Part shown: in pieces, positions 9,010-19,301 of the stretch
Layout: each line of letters starts with the position of its first letter
Position numbering within the stretch: the first letter of the stretch is position 1
Source: an uncultured Bacilli bacterium
GTDB taxonomy: Bacteria > Bacillota_I > Bacilli_A > RF39 > UBA660
DNA: 32,000 nt
NCBI GenBank assembly: GCA_944329425.1
Contig: CALVIG010000004.1
Location: forward strand, 59,323-91,322
Direction of reading: 5' to 3'
Translations under genes and position numbers: made by a program
Notes under the pieces: generated by a model
What the model was told of the DNA's origin: nothing
What the model saw: only the letters and a program-made list of their open reading frames with translations
The model's database searches: none

Positions 9010-9942
9010 TTAATTTCTTTTTCTTATGTTATCAGCTAATTGTTTTATTTTTCTAAATCTATGATTTAAGCATGATTTACTTATCTTACTACCAGTCTCA
9101 ATCGTCATAATATTACTTAATTCCAATAATGATGATTCCGGATACTTTTCTCTATAAACAGCACTTTCTTTTATTTTATCATCAAGTAAATCAAACATAT
9201 CATTTTCTTTTATAAGGTTAATGTCGTTTATAAGTTTGTTTGATGTTGCCATGGTTTTTTCAACGTTAGCCTGTTCACAATTATTAAGTCTGTTAGTCAT
9301 GTTTATCTTTTCGCGAAAAACCCTTATCTCCTCATAATACATAACTCCGTTATAAGCCCTAATAAGTCTTAAAAAGTCACTTATTTTTTCTGCTTCTTTA
9401 ACGTATATCATATAACCCTTTTTTCGGTGAAGTATTTTACTATTAAGTCCATTATCATTAAGTAAATTGTTTAAAAATTTAGAATATTCAGTATCACCGA
9501 TTAAAAATTCCAAATGATACCTTGAAGTTTTTGGATCATTCAAACTACCACTAACCAAAAAAACGCCTCTTAAATAAGCTCTTTTTAGTTCCTCATCAGA
9601 TAATAAAGACTCACTAGGTATTCTAAGAAGTTGATTTTTTTCGTTTATGATTCCAAGGTCTCTTAGTACTTTTAAAGTATCTTTTTTTAATTCTAATACG
9701 TAAATTTCGTTTTTCTTAAAATTATAGTTTTTTCTAAGAGTAATATTCAAATTTATGTCATAAAGAATTTTAAATAATCCAAAAATTCTGTTTGCCACAA
9801 ATTTATTTTCTGTTTGAATTTTTATATTATATATTTTGATTTCAGCATTTGTTCTAATAATACCAGATAACTCGGATAAGTATTCAGCACGCGTACATTC
9901 AGTTGTACTTATTTCTTTTTTTATTTTACTAGAAAACGTCAT
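9010..9942 (-). CDS. whiA: DNA-binding protein WhiA
   Basis: About 310 aa. MTFSSKIKKEI... start with a GAAGGTGA RBS. LAGLIDADG-like core (YLRGVFLVSGSLNDP) and a C-terminal HTH. Confidence 0.85.
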   Translation of the reverse strand: MTFSSKIKKEISTTECTRAEYLSELSGIIRTNAEIKIYNIKIQTENKFVANRIFGLFKILYDINLNITLRKNYNFKKNEIYVLELKKDTLKVLRDLGIINEKNQLLRIPSESLLSDEELKRAYLRGVFLVSGSLNDPKTSRYHLEFLIGDTEYSKFLNNLLNDNGLNSKILHRKKGYMIYVKEAEKISDFLRLIRAYNGVMYYEEIRVFREKINMTNRLNNCEQANVEKTMATSNKLINDINLIKENDMFDLLDDKIKESAVYREKYPESSLLELSNIMTIETGSKISKSCLNHRFRKIKQLADNIRKRN

Positions 9943-10038
9943 ATTACCAATCACCTTCTTTATTATTATAATCATTATATCAAATAACGTTTTCTTTTTC
10001 AACATATCCAGGTGTTTTTATTATATTTAAAAAGAAGC

Positions 10039-10950
10039 TTACTTGCTTCTTACTAACTTAATTATATTACTTGCAACCATTGCACCCTCACTTGTTGCAG
10101 TAACAACTTGATATAAATCTTTACTAATAGAATCACCGCACGCATACACGTTATTAGCGGTGGTTTTTAAATCTTTGTCAACCACTATTCCCCTGTTATC
10201 GGTTTTTAAATTTAAGTTTTGATAAAACGCCGAATTATTTGTTTGACCAATACAAACAAAAATTCCGCTTAGATTAATTTCAGTCCCATCTTCCAGTACA
10301 ACACCTTGAACACCAGTATCATCTCCAATAATATCTTTTAGCTTAGTATTGTATAAGACGTTTACGTTTTCGAGCTTTTTTATTTCTTCTTGGCCTTTTT
10401 GATCTGCCCTTAAATTGCTTGATCTATTAATTATGTATATTTTATTTGCAATATTACTCATATAATTAGCAGTATCGATAGCAGTGTTACCTCCGCCTAC
10501 TATAGCAATATCTTTATTTCTATATAATGCCCCATCACAAACAGCGCAGTAAGAAATACCTTTACCCTCATATTTTTCTGAGTTTTTAACTTCTAACTTT
10601 TTTGGAGTTCTTCCGGTAGCTATAATAATGTATTTAGAAACAAAAACGTTATTTTTAGTAAATACCTCATATGAACCATTGGTACTTTTTATGTTTATAA
10701 CCTTTTCAATCTTTAAATCTATTCCAAGGCTTTCTACTTGGCTGTACATTCTAAAAGCCAGAATCGAACCAGTATCATCAGTAAAACCAGGATAATTTTC
10801 AATTTTATGAATCTTATTTAAAAGCCCTCCCGGAGCCTCTGATTCAAGTAATAAACAATTAACATTAGCTCTTTTAAGATAAATACTAGCTGAAATTCCA
10901 GCTGGGCCTGCGCCTATTATGATAACATCATATTTAGTATTTGATTTCAT
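10039..10950 (-). CDS. trxB: thioredoxin-disulfide reductase
   Basis: FAD motif IIGAGPAG, redox CAVCDG, NADPH motif VGGGNTA, and C-terminal GD motif (ACGD). Confidence 0.9.
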   Translation of the reverse strand: MKSNTKYDVIIIGAGPAGISASIYLKRANVNCLLLESEAPGGLLNKIHKIENYPGFTDDTGSILAFRMYSQVESLGIDLKIEKVINIKSTNGSYEVFTKNNVFVSKYIIIATGRTPKKLEVKNSEKYEGKGISYCAVCDGALYRNKDIAIVGGGNTAIDTANYMSNIANKIYIINRSSNLRADQKGQEEIKKLENVNVLYNTKLKDIIGDDTGVQGVVLEDGTEINLSGIFVCIGQTNNSAFYQNLNLKTDNRGIVVDKDLKTTANNVYACGDSISKDLYQVVTATSEGAMVASNIIKLVRSK

Positions 10951-11743
10951 TTTTAGCCGCCTTTTCTTCGTTATAATTATTACACTTAATTTTAGTAATT
11001 ATAAACATTATTATTCCTAATATAACCATAAAAACAGATATTAATTGTGCCATTTTTATATTTCCTAACATTAAACTATCGGTTCGTAAAGACTCAACAA
11101 AAAACCTTACTAAGCCATACCAAATAAGATATATTGACGTAGTCGCGCCCAATTTAGTGTTTTTTAAACTTCTAACCCCAATTAACACAAAGAACCCTAT
11201 CAGACACAAAATAGATTCATATAAAAACGTAGGATGATAATAATTACCATTTATGTGCATCCCGTTAATGATAAATTCCGGTAGGTGTAAACCTTCTAAA
11301 AAAGCTCTCGATACGGCACCACCATGTGCTTCCGCGTTAAAGAAATTTCCCCATCTACCAATAGCTTGTGCTAATATAAGTCCTGGAGCTGCTATATCAA
11401 TCATTTTAAGAACGTTAACACCGTATTTTTTGCAATAAATTATTAACGTTATTACCCCCGCAATTATACCACCATGAATTGCAAGGCCTCCATTCCATAC
11501 CTTTATTATTTCTATTGGAGCGGCACTATAATAATCCAAATTAAATAATACATAATATATTCTTGCGCCTAGTATACCAAAAACCACACACCAAAAAACT
11601 AAATTAGTTACAAAAGCACTAGAAATGTTATTTTTCTTTGCCTCTTTATTAATTACTATACCTGCCAAAATTATACCAGTAAGTATACAAATTGAATACC
11701 AAGTTATTGAAACTGGACCTATGTTTATAGCTATTTTACTCAT
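10934..11743 (-). CDS. lgt: prolipoprotein diacylglyceryl transferase
   Basis: Polytopic membrane protein with the GRWGNFFNAEAHG signature and a typical HGG block. Confidence 0.9.
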   Translation of the reverse strand: MSKIAINIGPVSITWYSICILTGIILAGIVINKEAKKNNISSAFVTNLVFWCVVFGILGARIYYVLFNLDYYSAAPIEIIKVWNGGLAIHGGIIAGVITLIIYCKKYGVNVLKMIDIAAPGLILAQAIGRWGNFFNAEAHGGAVSRAFLEGLHLPEFIINGMHINGNYYHPTFLYESILCLIGFFVLIGVRSLKNTKLGATTSIYLIWYGLVRFFVESLRTDSLMLGNIKMAQLISVFMVILGIIMFIITKIKCNNYNEEKAAKNEIKY

Positions 11744-11744
11744 A

Positions 11745-12188
11745 TTATCTTTTACACCTTTCTATTAATGGTTTTATAATAATGTTTTCCATAAGAACGT
11801 TCATGAAACTTATGAATATTGAGACCACAAAAGGCGAAAGAAAACCCGTCAAATAAAAGTGCTTACCTAAAATTACGTTTACTAATAATAAAATAAATAC
11901 GTTTATAACAAAATAAAATAATCCCAAAGACATTCCAATAAGAGGTAATGTTAAAGTAACCAATATTGGTTTTATTGTTTTATTAAGAACGTATATTATA
12001 ATTGCTGCTAAAATACCATACCAAAAATTTTCTACGTATAATGACCTAAATAAATTTGAAGTTATTAATAATACTAAGGCATAACCAAACATATATATTA
12101 ACCATTCTAAAAATAAATTCAAACGATACTCAATATTTTGACCATTAACTTTTTTCTTTTTATTATCATTAACCACGATTACTTTCAT
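11745..12188 (-). CDS. YvlD-like / phage-holin-4_2 family membrane protein
   Basis: 147 aa with 4 TM helices. FW..ILAAIIIYVLNKTIKPILVTLTLPLIGMSLGLFYFVINVF matches the family consensus. Adjacent to lgt. Confidence 0.65.
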   Translation of the reverse strand: MKVIVVNDNKKKKVNGQNIEYRLNLFLEWLIYMFGYALVLLITSNLFRSLYVENFWYGILAAIIIYVLNKTIKPILVTLTLPLIGMSLGLFYFVINVFILLLVNVILGKHFYLTGFLSPFVVSIFISFMNVLMENIIIKPLIERCKR

Positions 12189-12323
12189 ATTATCACCAGT
12201 ATAATTATATCATAACCTTGCTAATTTAATCATGCTTTTTTGTCAAATTATTTATTACTAGTTATAAGAAAACTTGCGCGTTATATTTATCTACTTTAAA
12301 TTTAATAAAATAATATTATTTTA

Positions 12324-12782
12324 TTAATCAAGTGTACAGCTCATAATAAGTTTATTAACTTTGAAACCAAAAAAATTATAAAGTTTTAATGCGTTTTTAT
12401 TTTGATCACATACTTTAAGTTCCATATACTTTGCATTTTTAAGTTTAGCCCATTTTTTAAACTCAAATACTAGTTGACTACCAATACCTTTTTTTCTATG
12501 TTCTTCTAATACGTATAGTGCGTCAAGTACGCAAACAACATCTTTTTTTGTATCTCCATTATCCTGAACATAACCATATACGTACCCAACCACAGTATTT
12601 TCTTGCTTTGCAATTAAAAGACACACTGATTGTTCATTATAAAATTTTTCGTATAATGATTTAACAACGCAATATTCATTTATATTATCATCGTATTTTT
12701 TTTCATCTTTTATTAACTTTGTTAACAGTTCATTTGCAACTAAAGCTGTTTTTCGATCTGCTTTTACTATTTTAATTGCCAT
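12324..12782 (-). CDS. GNAT family N-acetyltransferase
   Basis: Acetyl-CoA binding motif HRKKGIGSQL, 152 aa, AAGAGGA RBS. Confidence 0.8.
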   Translation of the reverse strand: MAIKIVKADRKTALVANELLTKLIKDEKKYDDNINEYCVVKSLYEKFYNEQSVCLLIAKQENTVVGYVYGYVQDNGDTKKDVVCVLDALYVLEEHRKKGIGSQLVFEFKKWAKLKNAKYMELKVCDQNKNALKLYNFFGFKVNKLIMSCTLD

Positions 12783-12816
12783 TTTATCATCCTCTTACGA
12801 TTATCTTAGCATACTT

Positions 12817-13245
12817 TTAACACTTTTTATCATTAAACTCCTCGGCGCCCAAACAGTATGCAAACCTTATTATTGTTTCCTTCTTTTTAATGTAATAATA
12901 TCCTAATGAAAAACCTAAATTATTTGCAATATATCTATCATCATAATTATTTTCTTTATCAAGGTAAGTCCAATAAATTATCTTTTTTTCATCCGTAGTT
13001 AGTTTATTAAATGAAAACCTAAAATAATTTACAAAATCAATCCTTCTTTTTTGTTCGACCGTATCTATTTTAGTATACTTATTATCAATGCCGTTAATGT
13101 CTAATGAAGAAAAAGTAAACGTATCATTAACAAAACTCGTAGAACTGTTATCCACGGATAAGTTATAATAAACATACGTTGATATTATTTGTTCAACATT
13201 CTTTTTCGTCTTTGACCACGAAATATTTAATGGTTGTATCTTCAC
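12817..13245 (-). CDS. putative ArpU-family / sigma-70 region-4-like transcriptional regulator (likely GTG start at 13245)
   Basis: C-terminal LTTDEKKIIYWTYLD...YIANNLGFSLGYYYIKKKETIIRFAYCLG resembles the ArpU/sigma r4 HTH pattern. An AAAGGAG RBS lies 8 nt before the GTG. Confidence 0.4.
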   Translation of the reverse strand: MKIQPLNISWSKTKKNVEQIISTYVYYNLSVDNSSTSFVNDTFTFSSLDINGIDNKYTKIDTVEQKRRIDFVNYFRFSFNKLTTDEKKIIYWTYLDKENNYDDRYIANNLGFSLGYYYIKKKETIIRFAYCLGAEEFNDKKC

Positions 13246-13321
13246 GATAACAGCTCCTTTCAAAGTTATTTTAGCATTTATAAAGTTATAAAAGTTAATG
13301 TAAAAATAATAAATTAATCAT

Positions 13322-13360
13322 AAAAAATTAAAATAGAGATATTATTTTTATCTCTATTTT
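13322..13360 (-). terminator. rho-independent (bidirectional-looking) terminator of uvrA
   Basis: 10-bp stem aaatagagat (13331..13340) pairs with atctctattt (13350..13359), with T-runs flanking. Confidence 0.65.
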
Positions 13361-13389
13361 ATTTTTATTTTTTATTTATTAAAAACCCT

Positions 13390-16209
13390 TTAATTTATTT
13401 TTAATATTTCTTTTAAATACGCTCCAGTATATGAAGGTTTACACTTAGCAATTTGTTCTGGTGTTCCCTCACAAACTATGGTTCCACCTTCATCTCCGCC
13501 TTCAGGGCCTAAATCAATTATATGATCCGCAACTTTTATAACGTCTAAATTATGTTCAATAACTATTACCGTGTCGCCATTATCAACTATTCTATTTAAT
13601 ATTACAAGTAATTTTTTTATGTCATCACTATGAAGTCCAGTTGTTGGTTCATCTAGAATAAAGATGCTTTTACCCGTTGGCTTTTTTTGTAATTCTTTAG
13701 CTAGCTTAACCCTTGAAGCCTCGCCTCCAGATAAAGTAGGAGCACTTTGACCAAGTTTAATATAGCCAAGCCCAACGTCAATTAAAACTTGTAACTTTCG
13801 TTTTATTTTTGGATGGTTTTCAAAGAAAGTAACAGCTTCTTCTACCCTCATTTGTAATACATCGTATATTGTTTTTCCTTTGTATTTTACCTCTAACGTT
13901 TCTTTATTAAATCTGGTGCCACCACAAACCTCACATGGTACATATACATCTGGTAAAAAGTTCATGGATATTTTTTTTACTCCATCACCCCAACAAGCTT
14001 CGCATCTTCCTCCTTTTACGTTAAAAGAAAACCTTCCTTTATCATATCCCCTTATTTTAGCTTCCTTTGTTTGTGCAAAAACATCCCTAATATCATCAAA
14101 CACACCTACATAAGTTGCTGGATTACTTCTAGGAGTTCTTCCTATCGGATCTTGAGTTATGTCTATTACTTTATCAACGTTTTCCAATCCTTTTATACTT
14201 TTATGTTTTCCTGGTACAACTTTAGATCCATAAACGTTTAATGCCAGTGCTTTATAAAGTATTTGATTAACTAAACTTGATTTACCACTACCTGATACAC
14301 CCGTTACAACAATAAATTTACCAAGAGGAAACTTAACGTTTATGTTTTTTAAATTATTTTCCTTGGCTCCCTTTATCTCAATATATTTGCCATTCCCTTT
14401 TCTTCTTTTTTTAGGAACTTCTATTCGTTTTCTTCCGCTTAAATAGTCTCCAGTTATACTGTTAGTATTTTGCATAACTTCACTTGGTGTTCCACATGCT
14501 ACTATTTCTCCTCCATGGTCTCCAGCTCCCGGCCCAACATCAACTAAGTAATCCGCCTGAAGCATAGTATCCGTATCATGTTCAACTACTATAAGGGTAT
14601 TACCTAAATCCCTCATCTTTATTAAAGAATCTATTAATCTTTGGTTATCTCTTTGATGAAGCCCAATGCTTGGTTCGTCAAGAACGTATAAAACCCCTGT
14701 TAATTGAGAACCTATTTGCGTTGCAAGTCTTATTCTTTGAGCCTCTCCTCCAGATAATGTTCCAGCACTTCTGGATAAGGTTAAATACCCAAGACCAACG
14801 TTATGCAAAAATTCTAACCTTGATTTTATCTCTTTAATTAAAAGTCTAGCTATTTCTTCTTTTTCCTTAGTTAATTTTAGTTTATCAAAGAAGTCATATA
14901 ATTTATCTATGTTCATATCAGTTAAATCAATGATGTTCTTTTTGTTAATTAACACGGATAGAACGCTTGGTTTAAGCCTTTTTCCATGACAAATAGGGCA
15001 AGTAAGTTCCACCATGTATTTTCCAAGCCATTCTCTTATAAATTCACTATTAGTTTCAAAATAACGTCTTTCAAGGTTATTTAAAACTCCTTCATAAGGC
15101 TCATAACTATTCATCTGGTTACCACTTCTTGTTTTAAACTTAAACTCAATAGGTTCCTTGGTACCTCTAAGAATTATATCTAACTCTTTTTTCGTAAAAT
15201 CCTTCATTTTTTTATTCATGTCTATGTTATATTTATCACAAACAATTTCTAGTTTTTTTATATAAATATTTTGATCATCCATGCCTGCTAGTGGTTCTAT
15301 ACCGCCTCTTGCAAGAGTTTTTTCTTTATCTGGAATTATTAAATCTTCGCTTATTTTTTGCTTAAAACCTAATCCTTTACAATCTGGACATGAGCCATAA
15401 GGGGCATTAAAAGAGAACATTCTAGGTTCTAATTCTTCTAAAGAAAAATCACAATGAGGACACGCAAAAGACTCACTCATAACGATTTCTTTGCTACCTG
15501 GAATTTCTACTACAGCTTTACCTTTAGACAATTTACAAGCAACTTCTATAGCCTCATAAATTCTGCTTCTTGATTCTTCTTTCTTTATTATTCTATCTAT
15601 TACTACTAAAATATTATGTTTTTTATTTTTATCTAAGTTAATTTCTTCACTTAGATCTTTTACTTCATCATCTATTTTTATCCTTACGTAACCATCTTTC
15701 CTTAAATTATCCATCAAATCCTTAAACGTTCCTTTTTGCCCATAAACTACCGGAGACATAATTATTAATTTTGTACCATCGGCTTCATTCATTATTTGGG
15801 TTGTCATTTCCTCTATTGATTGACTAACTATAGGAATATTGTGATTAGGGCAATAAGGCACGCCAATACGAGCGTACAAAAGTCTTAAGTAATCATATAT
15901 TTCAGTTACGGTACCAACCGTTGACCTTGGGTTATTATTAGTCGTTTTTTGATCTATCGAAATAGATGGACTAAGGCCTTCTATCGAATCAACGTCTGGT
16001 TTTGTTGTACCACCTAAAAATTGCCTTGCATAAGCTGACAAACTCTCAACGTATCTTCTTTGGCCTTCAGCATATATCGTATCAAAAGCAAGCGATGATT
16101 TTCCACTTCCTGATACTCCAGTCATAACCGTTAATTTATTTTTAGGTATTTCTATATTTATATTTTTTAAATTGTTTTCCCTAGCACCTTTTACTATAAT
16201 CTTATCCAT
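13390..16209 (-). CDS. uvrA: excinuclease ABC subunit A
   Basis: Two ABC modules (GVSGSGKSSL twice, LSGGE twice) and zinc-finger Cys clusters. ATG at 16207-16209 with an AAAGGTGA RBS. Confidence 0.97.
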   Translation of the reverse strand: MDKIIVKGARENNLKNINIEIPKNKLTVMTGVSGSGKSSLAFDTIYAEGQRRYVESLSAYARQFLGGTTKPDVDSIEGLSPSISIDQKTTNNNPRSTVGTVTEIYDYLRLLYARIGVPYCPNHNIPIVSQSIEEMTTQIMNEADGTKLIIMSPVVYGQKGTFKDLMDNLRKDGYVRIKIDDEVKDLSEEINLDKNKKHNILVVIDRIIKKEESRSRIYEAIEVACKLSKGKAVVEIPGSKEIVMSESFACPHCDFSLEELEPRMFSFNAPYGSCPDCKGLGFKQKISEDLIIPDKEKTLARGGIEPLAGMDDQNIYIKKLEIVCDKYNIDMNKKMKDFTKKELDIILRGTKEPIEFKFKTRSGNQMNSYEPYEGVLNNLERRYFETNSEFIREWLGKYMVELTCPICHGKRLKPSVLSVLINKKNIIDLTDMNIDKLYDFFDKLKLTKEKEEIARLLIKEIKSRLEFLHNVGLGYLTLSRSAGTLSGGEAQRIRLATQIGSQLTGVLYVLDEPSIGLHQRDNQRLIDSLIKMRDLGNTLIVVEHDTDTMLQADYLVDVGPGAGDHGGEIVACGTPSEVMQNTNSITGDYLSGRKRIEVPKKRRKGNGKYIEIKGAKENNLKNINVKFPLGKFIVVTGVSGSGKSSLVNQILYKALALNVYGSKVVPGKHKSIKGLENVDKVIDITQDPIGRTPRSNPATYVGVFDDIRDVFAQTKEAKIRGYDKGRFSFNVKGGRCEACWGDGVKKISMNFLPDVYVPCEVCGGTRFNKETLEVKYKGKTIYDVLQMRVEEAVTFFENHPKIKRKLQVLIDVGLGYIKLGQSAPTLSGGEASRVKLAKELQKKPTGKSIFILDEPTTGLHSDDIKKLLVILNRIVDNGDTVIVIEHNLDVIKVADHIIDLGPEGGDEGGTIVCEGTPEQIAKCKPSYTGAYLKEILKIN

Positions 16210-16263
16210 ATACATCACCTTTTCTAATAATAATTCTAACACAAAAAAGTAATTTAATAACTT

Positions 16264-17181
16264 TTATTTTCTTTTGTTAGGTTTATAGTAAGTAATTGTC
16301 ATACCATGCGATTGTTTCTCAAAAAAGCAGCTTTTATTAGCATCAACAAACCTAGTATCAAGGCCTCTTTTTCCTATGTTAAAATCATTATTATTACGTT
16401 TTTTTACACCGTAACCCGCCTGAATCAAACCCCTGCAAGTAAGCTTTAGCTCTAACTGTTTTAATAATTTTAAAAATTTTTCTAATTCGCATTTACTAAA
16501 ATAACTACTTATATTAGAAAACACCATTGCAGAATATTTTTCATCTCCAAGATTTTTGTTTAAATCAAAGATATTACAGTCAACAAAATCTACCGAAGTC
16601 AATTTTTTCATATTTTCTTGTAATTTCTCATAGTTTTTACGTGTTAAATAACCTGATAATTTTGGATAATGTTTGACGTTTATTAAATTAAATTTTTCAC
16701 AAATAGTAGCGTTAATCATAACATCAAAAAGCAACTCAAAAAAAAGTGCAACAGTATTTTCTAAATTAGAACATACTTTTTCGTATAAATACGTATCTAC
16801 GTTTGTTAAAAAACCACCTGCTACATAATTAGAAAAGGGTTTATTAATTTTATATAGCTTTATAAATTCATCATACGATAAGCATGATACCGCGGAAAAT
16901 TTAAACAATGCAAAATATTTTGCTAATTTATTAATATCAAACATCTTAACGTTTTTAGCACCTTTTAAAATTGCCATTAAAGCTTGATCACCCGAGCCAG
17001 TCACCGTAAGAATACCTTGAGTAACATCTAACGGTTCAAAAATATCTTTTAGCCTATCATTAGTAAATAGATAAATATTATCGTAAGTGGAAAAGTATGA
17101 TGGAGTCGAATCATTTCCAACTTTCATTAATCCTTTTAATTGCATAAAATCATTATCAACGTCATTCCTTGTGATATTCAT
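16264..17181 (-). CDS. DUF3419-like (BtaA C-terminal-domain-like) SAM-dependent methyltransferase-fold protein
   Basis: ILTVTGSGDQALMAILKGAKNVKMFDINKLAKYFALFKFSAVSCLSYDEFIKLY resembles the DUF3419 N-terminal block (SxGxNaL...V.aVDlNp.Q..LleLK...L.yeeF). Only 21 nt upstream of uvrA. Confidence 0.5.
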   Translation of the reverse strand: MNITRNDVDNDFMQLKGLMKVGNDSTPSYFSTYDNIYLFTNDRLKDIFEPLDVTQGILTVTGSGDQALMAILKGAKNVKMFDINKLAKYFALFKFSAVSCLSYDEFIKLYKINKPFSNYVAGGFLTNVDTYLYEKVCSNLENTVALFFELLFDVMINATICEKFNLINVKHYPKLSGYLTRKNYEKLQENMKKLTSVDFVDCNIFDLNKNLGDEKYSAMVFSNISSYFSKCELEKFLKLLKQLELKLTCRGLIQAGYGVKKRNNNDFNIGKRGLDTRFVDANKSCFFEKQSHGMTITYYKPNKRK

Positions 17182-17263
17182 AATACTTCATTCCTTAGTG
17201 ATTAAATATACTAACACATTATTAAATAAAACTCAATAAAATCATAAAAACTTGTATATTATA

Positions 17264-17296
17264 AAAAGGTTTTGTCTTCAAAACCTTTTTTAAAAT
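17264..17296 (-). terminator. rho-independent terminator of uvrB
   Basis: aaggtttt (17266..17273) pairs with aaaacctt (17280..17287) across a 6-nt loop, followed by a T-run. Confidence 0.7.
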
Positions 17297-17299
17297 AAT

Positions 17300-19255
17300 C
17301 TAATTAACCTTCATCTCGAATATGATGTCACGAAGTTCCATAGCGCGCTCAAAATCCAATTCTTTAGCAGCTTTTTGCATTTCTTCTTCCAGCTGTTTAA
17401 TTAATTTATCATTGTTAATTTCTTCACGTTTTGGGCGTTTTTTATTAGCAGAAGAATCATCATCGTTTATACTTACAACATCCATTATTTTCTTTTTTAT
17501 TGTTTTAGGAACGATATTATGTTCCTTATTATATTTAACTTGAATCGCACGTCTTCTTTGTGTTTCTTCAATTGCGGTTTTCATGGCATCACTTATTATA
17601 TCACCATACATTATAACCCTACCATCAGAGTTCCTTGCACACCTTCCGATGGTTTGAATAAGACTTCTATGACTTCTTAAGAAGCCTTGTTTATCGGCAT
17701 CTAAAATAGCCACTAAGCTAACCTCAGGGATATCAAGTCCCTCACGGAGCAAATTAATTCCAACCAGAACATCATATTTTCCAGTTCTTAAATCATGTAT
17801 AATTCTAAGTCGTTCTAAAGTTTTTACCTCACTATGTAAATAAGCAACTTTAATGTTTAAATCTTTTAAGTAAGAAGTTAATTCTTCTGCCATGCGAATC
17901 GTTAAAGTAGTAACTAAAGTCCTATCACCTTTTTTTATTTGTTTTTGAATTTCTTCTATTAAATCATCAATTTGATTATTGGACTTTCTAACCTCAATTA
18001 AAGGATCTAATAATCCAGTTGGCCTTATTATCTGTTCAATAACCTCATTGTTTACCTTTTGCAATTCTTCGTCTCCTGGTGTTGCAGAAACGTATATTAC
18101 TTGATTTATTTTTTTCTCAAACTCCTCGTACCTCAAAGGTCTATTATCTAAAGCACTTGGTAACCTAAACCCATAATCAACAAGCATCTGTTTTCTGTTT
18201 CGGTCTCCATTATACATTGCTTTTACCTGAGGTAACGTTACGTGTGATTCATCTATAACCATAAGATAATCTTTAGGGAAGAAATCTAAAAGACAAGTAG
18301 GAGTGGCTCCTTCTGGTTTTAACGCTAAATGTCTTGAATAATTTTCAACCCCAGAGCAAAAACCAGTTTCTGCAAGCATTTCCAAGTCATACTTACACCT
18401 TCCTTCCAGGCGTTCAGCTTCTAATAGTTTTCCATTTTCCCTAAAATATTTTAATCTATCATCCAATTCTTCTTTTATATTAATAATAGCTTTCTTTAAT
18501 TTTTCTTCACTGGTTACGAAATGAGAGGCCGGCATGATTGATATTATTTTTTTATCATTTATAACAACACCCGTTAATACATCAAATAAAGAAATTCTAT
18601 CTATTTCATCTCCAAACAATTCTATTCTTATGCCATGACTTTTTTCATAAACCGGAATAACCTCGATCACGTCACCTTTTGCTCTAAAAGTTCCTCTCGC
18701 TAAGTCAATATTATTTCTTTCATACATCATATCCACTAATTTACTTAGTATATTGTTTCTATCTATTGTTTGGCCAACCTCTAAAGTAAGCATCTGGTGT
18801 TCATATTCTTCTTTATCACCAATTCCGTATATACAGGAAACAGATGCCACTACTATTACATCTTTGTAGTTTATCAAAGAACTTGTAGCAAAGTGTCTTA
18901 ATTCATCTATTTCATCATTTATAGATGAGTCTTTTTCAATGTAAGTATCACTTGAAGGAACGTATGCTTCAGGCTGATAATAATCGTAGTACGAAACAAA
19001 GTAACAAACGTGATTGTTTGGAAAGATTTCCTTTAGCTCTGAGTACAACTGGCCCGCTAGCGTTTTGTTGTGTGCTAAAACTAGTGTAGGCTTGTTTACT
19101 TCTTTAATTACGTTTGCTATTGTAAATGTTTTACCAGTACCCGTTGCCCCTAGTAAAACCTGGTATTTCTTACCATCTTTTATCCCATCAGAAAGCTCTT
19201 TTATTGCTTCTGGCTGATCGCCTGATGGTTTAAATTTAGACACTAAATCAAACAT
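17300..19255 (-). CDS. uvrB: excinuclease ABC subunit B (intact)
   Basis: [18 protein letters not shown] start (ATG 19253-19255, GGAGG RBS), Walker [13 protein letters not shown] box, helicase motifs and a C-terminal UVR domain. The ORF-track start at 19306 is too far upstream. Confidence 0.97.
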   Translation of the reverse strand: MFDLVSKFKPSGDQPEAIKELSDGIKDGKKYQVLLGATGTGKTFTIANVIKEVNKPTLVLAHNKTLAGQLYSELKEIFPNNHVCYFVSYYDYYQPEAYVPSSDTYIEKDSSINDEIDELRHFATSSLINYKDVIVVASVSCIYGIGDKEEYEHQMLTLEVGQTIDRNNILSKLVDMMYERNNIDLARGTFRAKGDVIEVIPVYEKSHGIRIELFGDEIDRISLFDVLTGVVINDKKIISIMPASHFVTSEEKLKKAIINIKEELDDRLKYFRENGKLLEAERLEGRCKYDLEMLAETGFCSGVENYSRHLALKPEGATPTCLLDFFPKDYLMVIDESHVTLPQVKAMYNGDRNRKQMLVDYGFRLPSALDNRPLRYEEFEKKINQVIYVSATPGDEELQKVNNEVIEQIIRPTGLLDPLIEVRKSNNQIDDLIEEIQKQIKKGDRTLVTTLTIRMAEELTSYLKDLNIKVAYLHSEVKTLERLRIIHDLRTGKYDVLVGINLLREGLDIPEVSLVAILDADKQGFLRSHRSLIQTIGRCARNSDGRVIMYGDIISDAMKTAIEETQRRRAIQVKYNKEHNIVPKTIKKKIMDVVSINDDDSSANKKRPKREEINNDKLIKQLEEEMQKAAKELDFERAMELRDIIFEMKVN

Positions 19256-19301
19256 TTTGTCCTCCTTACTATGATTACTATCAACCTCAAAAATTCGTAT
19301 T

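Noticed and set aside
12324-12782. GNAT as a toxin of a GNAT/RHH (TacT/AtaT-like) toxin-antitoxin pair
   Set aside because: The upstream gene is about 142 aa with an ArpU/sigma-like C-terminus, not a small DUF1778/RHH antitoxin. The genes are separated by 34 nt rather than overlapping.
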